Part shown: positions 1 through 8,390 of the stretch, piece after piece | Position numbering within the stretch: the stretch's first letter is position 1 | How the letters are laid out: each line of letters begins with the position of its first letter | Assembly (NCBI GenBank): GCA_002127415.1 | Contig: MWJR01000139.1 | Span: 1 to 30,998, forward strand | Length of the DNA stretch: 30,998 nt | Reading direction: 5' to 3' | Origin: Calditrichaeota bacterium AABM5.125.24 | GTDB lineage: Bacteria > Electryoneota > AABM5-125-24 > Hatepunaeales > Hatepunaeaceae | Notes under the pieces: model-generated | Databases searched by the model: none | Told to the model about the DNA's origin: nothing | What the model saw: only the letters and a program-made list of their open reading frames with translations | Translations under genes and position numbers: made by a program

Positions 1-2
1 CG

Positions 3-317
3 CCACAAAAGGTCGAGGATTACCCCTCCCCTGCTCTTCTCCCCGATATGGCAGATCTTTATGCATATCCGAATCCTGCCAACAGCACGGTTCATATCAG
101 GTTTGGTGTCTTTGTATCAGAGCCGTGGCGTATCTTTATCTTCGATCAGAACGGCCGTCGTGTGAGGAAGCTGGCTGGTGGCGGTGGTTCCGGTGTCACT
201 TGGGATTGTATGGACAGATGGGGGCGGCCGGTGCCGTCTGGGATGTATTATCTGAAGGGATATGGTGGATCTGATCTGATAAAGGCTGGTGCCGGGAGGG
301 TTATACTGCTCAGGTAG
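3..317 (+). CDS. C-terminal fragment of a T9SS cargo protein, 5' end outside the window; only the Por/T9SS C-terminal sorting domain is visible
   Basis: Frame is open from base 3 and the track ORF (48..317) starts at an internal Met. Sequence ...AYPNPANSTVHIRF...IFDQNGRRVRKL...PSGMYYLKG...GRVILLR matches the T9SS C-terminal sorting domain pattern (PNP start, K-rich beta strands, terminal hydrophobic-K/R). Confidence 0.6.
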   Translation, partial: PQKVEDYPSPALLPDMADLYAYPNPANSTVHIRFGVFVSEPWRIFIFDQNGRRVRKLAGGGGSGVTWDCMDRWGRPVPSGMYYLKGYGGSDLIKAGAGRVILLR

Positions 318-338
318 CTGGACAGGCCACCTTCACAC

Positions 339-410
339 TGTCATCGCGAGCGAAGCGAAGCGATCTTTATAGGTTTAGATTGCTTCGTCACTTCGTTCCT
401 CGCAATGATA
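339..410. repeat. Long imperfect hairpin of the GTCATTGCGAGCGAAGCGAAGC family (copy 1), downstream of the plus-strand T9SS cargo gene
   Basis: Left arm TGTCATCGCGAGCGAAGCGAAGCGATC pairs with right arm GATTGCTTCGTCACTTCGTTCCTCGCAATGATA. The same element is at 30593..30668 and a related motif lies at 8208..8274. Confidence 0.55.
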
Positions 411-433
411 GTAATAACAGTAACATAACAAAC

Positions 434-461
434 CCCCTTAACACAGTAGTGTTAAGGGGGG
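434..461 (-). terminator. Probable Rho-independent terminator of the minus-strand transketolase genes
   Basis: 12-bp stem CCCCCTTAACAC / GTGTTAAGGGGG with loop AGTA, lying between convergent genes. On the minus strand it is followed by TTTGTTATGTT. Confidence 0.45.
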
Positions 462-562
462 AAAAGAAGTGGGGATATCAATCATTGCAGTATTACGCCT
501 GACTGAATATGAGCCGTCATTTTACACTTGACAGAACACTACCAATACTTATAGAGTTGCCG

Positions 563-1483
563 CTATCCTGCCCCGCCTTCCACAAACTCCCGGCAGACAT
601 GAACTACGGCCTTGGTATCCAGCTCGTATATGCGAGCCAGCTCGTCGGGCTCCCCTGAAGTGGTGAACAGCCTGTCGAGTCCGACTCTGCGCATCTTGGT
701 GGGATGCCGTCGAGCCAATAGACCTGCAACCGATTCGAACAGCCCGCCGACATACATATGGTCCTCTACCGTAACCACACGTCCTGTGCGGGCGGCTGAG
801 GCGAGTATCGTATCCACGTCGAGCGGCTCAAGCGTCGCCACGCCGATAACGTCCGCATAGCCATCCCCGAGCGCCTCGGCTGCGGTGAGGGCTGAATATA
901 CCTTATCGCCCAGGGCTACAACCGTGACGCGTTCCCCCTCCCTCAGACGATAGGCTCGACCGATCTCAAACGGTGCCGGTTCCTTCAGAAAGACCGGTAT
1001 CTTGGGCCGATTAAGGCGAAGATAATAGCAGCCTTTTTCTTCAAGTATCACTTCAACTATTCGACGAACTTGAGCACCATCCCAAGGGGTTACAATAATG
1101 AAGTTCGGGATAAGTCTCATCCGTGCCAGGTCGGTGGTATCCTGGGCTGAAGCGCCGTCGGGCCCTACTGCGACGCCGGTGTGACTGGCGGTGATGACCA
1201 GATGCAGGTCATCGCCCTGCCTGGCTGCTGCCCGGATGTGGGCATAGGCGTGATGCAGAAAGACCGACATATCACAGGCCACCACCCGACGCCCGGCCAT
1301 TGCGATCCCGGCGGCCAGACCGATCATACCGGGCTCATTGATGCCAAGCGTATAAAACCGGTCGGGGAAGGCGCGCTGAAACAGTTCGCTCATAGTGGAG
1401 TTCTTTGTGCCGGCGTCGAGCACACGCAGGTCGGGCCAGCGCTTCCCCGCCTCGACCAGAGCCTCGCCGAACCCCTCCCTCAA
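563..1483 (-). CDS. Transketolase, C-terminal (pyrimidine-binding plus C-terminal domain) subunit
   Basis: 306 aa with ...GINEPGMIGLAAGIAMAGRRV... and ...LEPLDVDTILASAARTGRVVTVEDH..., typical of split transketolase subunit B. The N-terminal subunit is adjacent. Confidence 0.85.
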   Translation of the reverse strand: MREGFGEALVEAGKRWPDLRVLDAGTKNSTMSELFQRAFPDRFYTLGINEPGMIGLAAGIAMAGRRVVACDMSVFLHHAYAHIRAAARQGDDLHLVITASHTGVAVGPDGASAQDTTDLARMRLIPNFIIVTPWDGAQVRRIVEVILEEKGCYYLRLNRPKIPVFLKEPAPFEIGRAYRLREGERVTVVALGDKVYSALTAAEALGDGYADVIGVATLEPLDVDTILASAARTGRVVTVEDHMYVGGLFESVAGLLARRHPTKMRRVGLDRLFTTSGEPDELARIYELDTKAVVHVCREFVEGGAG

Positions 1484-1509
1484 CGATTGGTTACCGTATG
1501 TTTCCGTAG

Positions 1510-2331
1510 TTAGACCCTCCGTGAAGCTTCTAAACCGACCAGATAGGCCTGGTATGCCTCTTCCGTCTTGGGTGGACGACCGTGCTGTCCGAGCTTGCCT
1601 TCCAGAGCCGGATCGCCGCCCTTGCCCTTGATTGTCCGACAGATGATCAGCGAAGGTCTCCGGAGCTCCTCGACAGCCTGTCGATAGACCTCACCCAGCG
1701 CCTCGAAGTCGTGTCCATCGACCTGCAAGACCTGCCAGTCATATAACTTTGCCACCTCACTTAGCGGGCCCAGCTCTACCGGGGCGTCCTGTGCCAGACC
1801 GTTCTGGTTCAGAATGAGGATATAGTTCGGCACCGGCCTCAGGAAGTGGGGCGCGGACAGCAATCCCTGGCTCGAAGGCTCCTCGAACTCCCCGTCACCG
1901 GCGATGCAGAAGACCCACCGGTCCACTTCCAGAGCGTGGCCGTAAGCCTGCCAGATGCCGATACCGAGGCTGCCGTTTGAGTTCTCGAGACCGTAAGCCA
2001 GATTACGCAACGTATGACCCTGGAACGGCGTAAACGGCCGCCTGTCGCCTTCGAACACCTCGTCGCGACTGTGGAAGCCGAGGTCGGCGTTCACCAGATA
2101 CTGCAACGGACAGGCGTGCCCCTCAGAGAGAAACACCCGATCGCGCCCCGACCATCCTCCGTCCTGTGGATCACAACGGAAGAAATCGCTATAGACCAGC
2201 GCCAGCCAGACCTCAACCAGGCTGAGCGAGGTGTCCAGATGGCCGGAACCGGTGCGGTAAATCAGGTCGATCAGGTCGCGCCTGATTCGGTAAGCCTTCT
2301 CCTCGAGCTCCTGAATTGGGATTCTAAACAT
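1510..2331 (-). CDS. Transketolase, N-terminal (thiamine-diphosphate-binding) subunit
   Basis: 273 aa with GHLDTSLSLVE..., ...FLSEGHACPLQY... and ...IAGDGEFEEPSSQG... (GDG TPP motif); it pairs with the downstream C-terminal subunit. Confidence 0.85.
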   Translation of the reverse strand: MFRIPIQELEEKAYRIRRDLIDLIYRTGSGHLDTSLSLVEVWLALVYSDFFRCDPQDGGWSGRDRVFLSEGHACPLQYLVNADLGFHSRDEVFEGDRRPFTPFQGHTLRNLAYGLENSNGSLGIGIWQAYGHALEVDRWVFCIAGDGEFEEPSSQGLLSAPHFLRPVPNYILILNQNGLAQDAPVELGPLSEVAKLYDWQVLQVDGHDFEALGEVYRQAVEELRRPSLIICRTIKGKGGDPALEGKLGQHGRPPKTEEAYQAYLVGLEASRRV

Positions 2332-2361
2332 ATTGATTCAACTGTATGGTTGGTAATGCGT

Positions 2362-2421
2362 GGTGTCAGGTGCCCTCACCTGACACCTGCTCCCCTCTTT
2401 GCAACCAGGTGAGGGCACCTG
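2362..2421. repeat. Twin hairpins with identical stems and mutually complementary loops
   Basis: GGTGTCAGGTG-CCCTC-ACCTGACACC (2362..2387) and CAGGTGAGGGCACCTGAC (2406..2423, stem CAGGTG/CACCTG) are reverse complements of each other, so each also forms its own stem-loop. They sit in the 149-bp gap between the cdsA stop and the transketolase start. Confidence 0.5.
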
Positions 2422-2480
2422 ACGGCACAATCCTTAAGGTGTCAAACGGGGGTGTCTGGCACAATTTGAATGTATTTAAT

Positions 2481-3299
2481 CTAACTAAGATACCCGCGGA
2501 TAACGAGATAAATCGCCACCACCGGTGCGGTGGCGAAGAAGCTGTCGAAGCGATCGAGCATCCCGCCGTGACCGGGCAGCATGTCGCCGGAGTCCTTGAC
2601 TCCACCTTCACGTTTGATGGCTGATTCGACCAGGTCCCCCATCTGACCGAACAGACCGACCGCCAGAGTGACGACCAAAGCGATGTCGAACCTTACGAAA
2701 CCCGCCCACCACCAGATTATGCAGAACAGAAGGGCGCCGACAATCCCGAAGAAAAAACCCTCTACCGTCTTGTGCGGGCTGACTTTAGGAGCCAGAGACC
2801 GCCTGCCGAACCATCGTCCACACGCATAGGCCGCCGTGTCCCCAATCCAGATTGCTCCCCATACGCAGACGGCCAGCCAGCGCCCCTCGTGCAGGATAGC
2901 CCCATCCATCCCATCCCAGGTCCGTATCACCAAAAAACTCCCGGCCAACAGTGGCGGAAAGCAGAGCCCTCCAAAGGTGGTCAGAATATCCTGATGTGAC
3001 CGACCGGCAAGCAGTCCGATTATTGAGATGACCAGGAAAGACGCTGCTATCGTCCAGCCAACGGCAGCCGAGCCCCTCAACCAGGCTGCAACCACCACCA
3101 GCCCCAGACCGAGACCGAGCCATCGCAACGGTCTTCGACCCAGCCGCACCTGCAGGTTGTAATACTCCCTCAGAGCCAACAGGGCGATGGCTGCGATCAT
3201 CGCCGCCGTCCACCATCCCCCCAGCCAGGTCAGGGCAAGGACAAACGGCACCCCCCACAGAGCGACGGTCATCCTCGCCCCTATCCCCCCCCGCTTCAC
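2481..3299 (-). CDS. cdsA: Phosphatidate cytidylyltransferase (CDP-diglyceride synthase)
   Basis: 272-aa polytopic membrane protein with CdsA signature motifs ...SPHKTVEGF... and ...GDMLPGHGGMLDRFDS... The start overlaps the upstream gene by 4 bp. Confidence 0.85.
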   Translation of the reverse strand: MKRGGIGARMTVALWGVPFVLALTWLGGWWTAAMIAAIALLALREYYNLQVRLGRRPLRWLGLGLGLVVVAAWLRGSAAVGWTIAASFLVISIIGLLAGRSHQDILTTFGGLCFPPLLAGSFLVIRTWDGMDGAILHEGRWLAVCVWGAIWIGDTAAYACGRWFGRRSLAPKVSPHKTVEGFFFGIVGALLFCIIWWWAGFVRFDIALVVTLAVGLFGQMGDLVESAIKREGGVKDSGDMLPGHGGMLDRFDSFFATAPVVAIYLVIRGYLS

Positions 3300-3745
3300 T
3301 GCCCCCCTAAGGAGATGATCATGACCCGAATCTCGACCACCCCGTCCTTCACCATATCGAGTCTCTCGGCGGCTCCCAGCGACAGATCCAGCATCCGCTT
3401 GCCCTTGAACGGCCCACGGTCATTGACCCTCACCCGGCAGCTGCGGCCGTTGTTCAGATTGGTGACCTCGAGGATGGTTCCAAACGGCAGCTTCCGGTGG
3501 GCTGCGGTCAAGCCGTGCATATCGAACCGCTCTCCGTTGGCCGTCAACCGACCGTGGAATTTAGGTCCGTAGAATGATGCCAACCCCGTCCAGCTCTGCC
3601 CTACCCTGAATCGACCGGCCTTTTGTTCGGCACGATGACGAGAGCCTCGTTGTTCATCAGTATAACGCGGACGCGGCTCGCAGCCGGCTTCCAACAGAAT
3701 GACCGCAGTCAACCAGATGAGAACCGGTGCCTGGATGCGGATCAT
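3296..3745 (-). CDS. rlpA: RlpA-like lipoprotein (DPBB domain, septal-ring lytic transglycosylase family)
   Basis: Signal peptide with lipobox LEAGC; DPBB motifs ASFYGPKFHGRLTANGERFD..., ...TAAHRKLPFGT... and ...VRVNDRGPF... The start overlaps the pyrD stop by 4 bp. Confidence 0.75.
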   Translation of the reverse strand: MIRIQAPVLIWLTAVILLEAGCEPRPRYTDEQRGSRHRAEQKAGRFRVGQSWTGLASFYGPKFHGRLTANGERFDMHGLTAAHRKLPFGTILEVTNLNNGRSCRVRVNDRGPFKGKRMLDLSLGAAERLDMVKDGVVEIRVMIISLGGQ

Positions 3746-4662
3746 AGGGGCTCCAGTTTGCCTGTCAAATCAGCCAGGCGGGTGATACCGTGCCTCTCAC
3801 AGTAATCGCACATCTCCTGTAGAATCCTGCCCGGGGCTTTCGTATCGGCGAAGAAGACCGAACCGAGTTGCAGACCGGAAGCCCCCGCCAGCAGGAATTC
3901 GACCCCATCCAAGCCGGTGACGATGCCGCCCGAAGCCCATATAGGAACGTCCACCGCCTGTGCCGCCTGCCAGACCATCGCCAGCGCCACCGGCTTCAGA
4001 GGCGGCCCGCTGTAACCACCGGTTACGGCTCCAAGCAGCGGCCGTCGGCGCTCGACATCGACCGCCATTCCGACCAGTGTGTTGGTGAGGGTCAGAGCCT
4101 CGGCGCCCTCTCCTGCGGCTGCCTCCACCACCGGCGCAATCCGCGGCTGATGCGGGGTCAATTTGACGGCAAGAAAACGTCCGGTTGCCGCGCGGACCTC
4201 CCTGACAATCGCGGCAACGGCTCGCCAGTCCCCGCCAATATCGAGTCCGCCCTGCTTGACGTTCGGGCAGGACAGATTGAGCTCGTAACCGTCAACCCAA
4301 TCGACCTGTTCGAGCTTCTCGACCACCGTAACATACTCCTCGACGGCGTCGCCGACCACGCTGATGAAAACCCTCGTCTCACCGATTGGGAGAGCAGAAA
4401 CCTTATCCGCTATGAAGCCATCAACCCCGATGTTTGCGAGACCGATGGAGTTTATGATGCCACCTCCAGGCGTCTCACAGATACGCGGAGGCGGGTTGCC
4501 CGGTCTGGGATGGGCTGATATCGACTTGGTGACAATCCCTCCCAGCGCCCTGTAGTCCACCAGGGTATGGAACTCGTCGCCGTAGCCGAAGGTGCCCGAC
4601 CCGGTCAGCAGCGGCGTGCGCAGCTCGAGTGAACCCATCCTGACGGTGGTGTCGACCTTCAC
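3742..4662 (-). CDS. pyrD: Dihydroorotate dehydrogenase, catalytic subunit (class 1B)
   Basis: 306 aa with ...LTGSGTFGYG..., ...NLSCPNV... and ...GGIVTGLDGVEFLLAGASGLQLGS... It is preceded and overlapped by the pyrK electron-transfer subunit. Confidence 0.9.
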   Translation of the reverse strand: MKVDTTVRMGSLELRTPLLTGSGTFGYGDEFHTLVDYRALGGIVTKSISAHPRPGNPPPRICETPGGGIINSIGLANIGVDGFIADKVSALPIGETRVFISVVGDAVEEYVTVVEKLEQVDWVDGYELNLSCPNVKQGGLDIGGDWRAVAAIVREVRAATGRFLAVKLTPHQPRIAPVVEAAAGEGAEALTLTNTLVGMAVDVERRRPLLGAVTGGYSGPPLKPVALAMVWQAAQAVDVPIWASGGIVTGLDGVEFLLAGASGLQLGSVFFADTKAPGRILQEMCDYCERHGITRLADLTGKLEPL

Positions 4663-5453
4663 GGCAATGCTTCCGGGCTGAGATCGACCGCGTCTATGTC
4701 GAAAACCGGCCCGTCCTGGCAGACCAGCAGATACCCTTTCCGGTCAGCCTTCAGCACTGCGCAGCTCTGGCAGGCCCCCACCCCGCATCCCATCGGCACC
4801 TCCAGCGACACCTGCGCCGGGATTGACCTTTCCTGACACAGCCTCTTGAGGAACGTCAACATCGGTCCCGGGCCGCATCCATATATGTTGACCTTGCGAC
4901 CATCAAGCTCGTCAAGCCGTCGCGCAAGCAACTGAACTACATCTCCACGATAGCCCAGACTGCCGTCATCAGTGGCTACGGATATGTGGCGTCTCTCTAT
5001 CTCGGAATCGGTCACAGTCAGGACGGTTCGAGACCTGACCCCCAGCAGAAAATCCCTTTCGAGACCGACCGGTAGTTGCTCATTCAAAAGAAGCAACGGC
5101 ACCACACCGATCCCGCCGGCGACCAGCAGCGGTATGACCCCCTCCTCCGGATGATCGAACCCCCTGCCCAACGGACCGATCATATCCACCGTGTTGCCAG
5201 GAAGCTTCCCGGCCAGCAACCTTGTTCCCCTACCGCGTATGGCGAAGATCAGCTTCAACCGCCCATCGCCGCAGGGTCCCACACTCATCGGCCGCCTGAG
5301 GAACGGGTCGAAACCGGTGCTTACCCTGACGTGAACAAACTGGCCGGCCCTGCTCAGTCCGGCGATCTCAGGTGCGCGGACGGTTAACTCTACCACCCCC
5401 TCCGATATCTCAATCTGTTCCTCAACGATTCCCATCTCGGCAACGGGGCTCAC
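4659..5453 (-). CDS. pyrK: Dihydroorotate dehydrogenase electron-transfer subunit (FAD/2Fe-2S)
   Basis: 264 aa with an FAD-binding fold (RPMSV...) and a C-terminal Cys cluster CGVGACQSC...C. It is coupled to pyrD by a 4-bp overlap. Confidence 0.85.
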   Translation of the reverse strand: MSPVAEMGIVEEQIEISEGVVELTVRAPEIAGLSRAGQFVHVRVSTGFDPFLRRPMSVGPCGDGRLKLIFAIRGRGTRLLAGKLPGNTVDMIGPLGRGFDHPEEGVIPLLVAGGIGVVPLLLLNEQLPVGLERDFLLGVRSRTVLTVTDSEIERRHISVATDDGSLGYRGDVVQLLARRLDELDGRKVNIYGCGPGPMLTFLKRLCQERSIPAQVSLEVPMGCGVGACQSCAVLKADRKGYLLVCQDGPVFDIDAVDLSPEALP

Positions 5454-7966
5454 CAGGTGCTCCCATCACTGCTGGGGCCCGATGAACTACTGCCCTCCCC
5501 GGTGCTTCCCGCTCCATCCATAGTTCCGGTTACATCGAACACCAACTCCTGCCTCATCCGCACCGATACCGGTTGCCCCTGATGCCTGCCGGGATGGTAG
5601 CGGAGTCTGCGAATCACCTGGCGTGCCGCCTCCTTGAATCCCATCTCCTCGGGCTCTACCGACAGAACTTTTATCTCGCTCAGTTCACCCCCAATCCCTA
5701 CTACAAACTCCAGCTCCACCACACCACTTATCTTGTTATCATAGGCATCCAACGGGTAGTAACTGCGCAGGTAGTTGTCGAGCATCTGTTGGCTGGTGAC
5801 CAGCATCGGCGGTTCATCGACATCCTTGATCTCGAAGATCCCGGCCCACTCCCCCGACAGCCCGGTCTCAGGAAAAAACATCTCACCTTCGGCATCGAAC
5901 GTCCCAGGAGGCTGATCATAGAACTGTTCACCAGGAAAAGCCTCCTCCGCCCCTCCGCCTTTACCGAGCCGATCTCGATTGCGCTTCCTGGCCAACTTGG
6001 CGTAATCCGTGCCCTTAAACTCCTCCTCGATCGAGGCATACAGAACCTCCGCCAGGGAGTCCTCACCAATCAGCCGGCGGGACAGATAGGCCGCTGCCAT
6101 GAGCGCCCTCGCCCGCGCCTCGGATGCTGAATCTGCCATATCCGCAGCGGTCAGATATAACTCCCTGGCCCGGACCGGATCCTCACCTGACAACCATGCG
6201 ATCTCGGCAGCGTCAAACAGCGCTGAAAGGGTATCACCCTTCTCATCAAGCGGAGGCAACCCCAGCACCTGTCTGGCCCGGTTTCCGAACTCTCCATCCG
6301 GCATCAGATCCAGTATCTGTCTGTAGAGTGTATCGTGAGCGGCGCTGTCACCCTCAGCCAGGGCTATGTAGGCCAGGGAAGCCGTAACCCTGCCCCACGT
6401 CTCTTCAGGAAGCTCGGTCTCTATGAGGCTATGAAGGTATATCGCCGCGCTGTCGTGATCGCTGCGCTCAAACAGGTGAAAGTCTGCAAGTTCAAACCGG
6501 CTCTGTAGTAGCTCATCCGAGCGCTGCTCCATCAGATGGGTCAGGGTTGTGGAGTCAATCTCAGCAGAGGTATCAGCTTCAGCGACTGCAGTGGTATCGG
6601 CCGTGGTGTCAGGCGAGGCTTCGAGGATCTCCTCAATCCTCCTATCAACGGCACCGCGATCACGGTCACGACTGCGGCTGCTCCTTCGGCCTTGAGATCC
6701 AAGCTCATCTTTAAGCATTACCTCTACTGAATCGATATATATCGTGTCGTCAGGCAGGATTACGCGCTGCCGGAGCAGTGCGCTGTCGATGGCTGCGAGC
6801 TGACCCACCAGGAATCCGATCCTCTGATAGAAACGTGACAGCTCCACAATCTCAGACGAGAGCGAGTCCGCCGGTCCGCACAGAGGCGAAGAGCGGTCCG
6901 CCTGTTTAACCGCCTGAAATGCAGAACGTGCCGCCGCCAGATCGCTCCAATGGTTCCACACAAGCGAGCCCAACTCATACTGAACCTCCGCCGCCAGCTC
7001 CCCTCTCTTCTCAGCCTCGGCCAGCTTCTCAAGCCGCTCGCGAGCCTGGTCGTATTGACCCATCTCCATCAAACAGCGCGCCGCTTCGAGCTCGATGCGC
7101 GGAAAATCCTTGATGTAAGCGGCATCCTTCAGCAGGGACTCGAAGGATTCCAGCGCCTCCTCACAGCGACCGAGCTCCCGCAGAACCACAGCCCGCTCCA
7201 GGGTAGCCTCAAATCTGAGCCTTCGCGAAGTCTTGGCTGCAAGTATCTCATCATAAAGAGTCACCGACTCCTCGAGCCGATCCAGATGGCTGAGGCAGTC
7301 GCCGACCCTAACCCAGGATTGTCCACGCAGCCACTCGTCGTCCACCCATGAACCCAACACCTGCCTGAACTGCTCCAGCGCCGGCTCCCACTGCTCCTCG
7401 CCGTAGTAGTAATCCCCCAGCGCATAATAGGCCTGAGCGCGCAGGTCAGCGGAGACATCCGGGACAAAGAGGCGGGACAGGATCTGTGTAGCTGAATCGG
7501 GCTGTTCAACCATCAGGAGCGACATCCCCTTCCAGAGCATCCCCTCGCGGACGAACTCAGAATCGGGATACTTGGCGGTCAGCTCGTCAATCTTGCCGAT
7601 GGCGCTCCGATACTTACCGGTGTGATAGTATGCCTTCGCCAAGAGCAGCAGGGCGTCGTCCTCCCACCGGCTGTCGGGATAATACTGCAGCATCCGGCCT
7701 GCCGATTCAATGCACTTCTCATAGGCCGATAATCCGCTTCTCCTCCGGCCTGAACGCTGCTCGTCCGTTCCCTCCATACGCTGGCTCTCACCCTCCTCGA
7801 AACTGCGTCTGGCGTTATAGAAGTAGTTGTAATAAGCGCATCCTGCCAGAGCCACCAGCCACACTGCCATAACAAGGATCAATCCGAGGTGTCGGCTCAC
7901 GAACCTGCGTTCACATCGAAGGTCGATGGTTCGATAAACAGTATCAGATGTTGACTTGATAACCAT
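5450..7966 (-). CDS. Large TPR-repeat (lipo)protein with a C-terminal TonB_C domain
   Basis: N-terminal hydrophobic segment ending in lipobox LAGC; many TPR-like repeats rich in Y/A/L/E; an acidic and Arg/Ser-rich linker (RRSSRSRDRDR...). The C-terminal ~90 aa (...SYYPLDAYDNKISGVVELEFVVGIGGELSEIKVL...AARQVIRRLRYHPGRHQGQPVSV...LVF) fits the TonB C-terminal domain consensus. The true start may be internal (near 7885) rather than at 7966. The stop overlaps the pyrK start by 4 bp. Confidence 0.7.
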   Translation of the reverse strand: MVIKSTSDTVYRTIDLRCERRFVSRHLGLILVMAVWLVALAGCAYYNYFYNARRSFEEGESQRMEGTDEQRSGRRRSGLSAYEKCIESAGRMLQYYPDSRWEDDALLLLAKAYYHTGKYRSAIGKIDELTAKYPDSEFVREGMLWKGMSLLMVEQPDSATQILSRLFVPDVSADLRAQAYYALGDYYYGEEQWEPALEQFRQVLGSWVDDEWLRGQSWVRVGDCLSHLDRLEESVTLYDEILAAKTSRRLRFEATLERAVVLRELGRCEEALESFESLLKDAAYIKDFPRIELEAARCLMEMGQYDQARERLEKLAEAEKRGELAAEVQYELGSLVWNHWSDLAAARSAFQAVKQADRSSPLCGPADSLSSEIVELSRFYQRIGFLVGQLAAIDSALLRQRVILPDDTIYIDSVEVMLKDELGSQGRRSSRSRDRDRGAVDRRIEEILEASPDTTADTTAVAEADTSAEIDSTTLTHLMEQRSDELLQSRFELADFHLFERSDHDSAAIYLHSLIETELPEETWGRVTASLAYIALAEGDSAAHDTLYRQILDLMPDGEFGNRARQVLGLPPLDEKGDTLSALFDAAEIAWLSGEDPVRARELYLTAADMADSASEARARALMAAAYLSRRLIGEDSLAEVLYASIEEEFKGTDYAKLARKRNRDRLGKGGGAEEAFPGEQFYDQPPGTFDAEGEMFFPETGLSGEWAGIFEIKDVDEPPMLVTSQQMLDNYLRSYYPLDAYDNKISGVVELEFVVGIGGELSEIKVLSVEPEEMGFKEAARQVIRRLRYHPGRHQGQPVSVRMRQELVFDVTGTMDGAGSTGEGSSSSGPSSDGSTW

Positions 7967-8037
7967 TATATCGTAAATTGCCGCCTGCCGGTAGATGCCA
8001 CCGTCTGTTAGCTATCCACCGGCTGGTGGGTGGTTTG

Positions 8038-8051
8038 CCCTCACGTGAGGG
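8038..8051. promoter_or_regulatory. Perfect 14-bp palindrome CCCTCACGTGAGGG in the divergent promoter region (candidate operator)
   Basis: Seen directly. It lies between the divergently transcribed TPR-TonB/pyrKD operon and rpsT, with an adjacent palindrome CCACCGGCTGGTGG (8016..8029). Confidence 0.3.
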
Positions 8052-8207
8052 TTGGTGACGGTGTGTAGATAAGTTCGTCATGCTAAACGAAGTAAAGCGT
8101 CTCTATCCTCGCGTATTGAGAAATGAGATTATTCATCCGGCATTCGTTGGATTCAGAATGACATGGCAATCAATTGTGCTGTCAAACTTATGAACCTATC
8201 TCAAAAT

Positions 8208-8274
8208 GTCATTCCCGCGAAGCATGCCCCTGCGCCTGTCCCTGCGAAGGCAGGGAAAAGCAGGGGGCGGGAAT
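8208..8274. repeat. Nested GC-rich palindrome related to both the GTCATT..GCGAAG and TCCCTGCGAA elements
   Basis: GTCATTCCCGCGAAG...GCCCCTGC...GTCCCTGCGAAGGCAGGGAAAAGCAGGGGGCGGGAAT. The outer stem is ATTCCCGC/GCGGGAAT and the inner stem TCCCTGC/GCAGGGA. It lies in the long rpsT 5' region. Confidence 0.5.
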
Positions 8275-8350
8275 CCGGGCCAGCATTGGATTCCAGTTTC
8301 CGCTGGAATTATAATCCTGAAATCCTAACTTGGCAGAGCGCATATAGATA

Positions 8351-8390
8351 ATACCCCCCCTTACTCCCCCCCTGCAATAGCAGGGGGGGT
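8351..8390 (+). promoter_or_regulatory. Alternative-pairing C7/C7/G7 hairpin in the rpsT leader
   Basis: ATACCCCCCC-TTACT-CCCCCCCTGC-AATA-GCAGGGGGGGTAT. Two C7 runs compete for one G7 run, about 35 nt upstream of the rpsT ATG. The motif AATAGCAGG recurs at 8376 and 8405. Confidence 0.4.

Noticed and set aside
48-317. Track ORF starting at Met 48 as a complete 89-aa gene
   Set aside because: The frame is open to the window edge and the content is a T9SS C-terminal sorting domain, which is always the tail of a larger protein. I treat it as a 5'-truncated CDS.
5573-6130. 185-aa plus-strand ORF and other internal ORFs across 5450..7966
   Set aside because: They lie inside and opposite the 838-aa TPR/TonB gene. 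Long spurious ORFs on both strands are expected in high-GC DNA.
8163-8351. 62-aa plus-strand ORF in the rpsT upstream region
   Set aside because: It lies across the GC-rich palindromic repeats (Ala/Pro/Gly-rich translation of a repeat), has no homology signal, and overlaps likely promoter/leader sequence.
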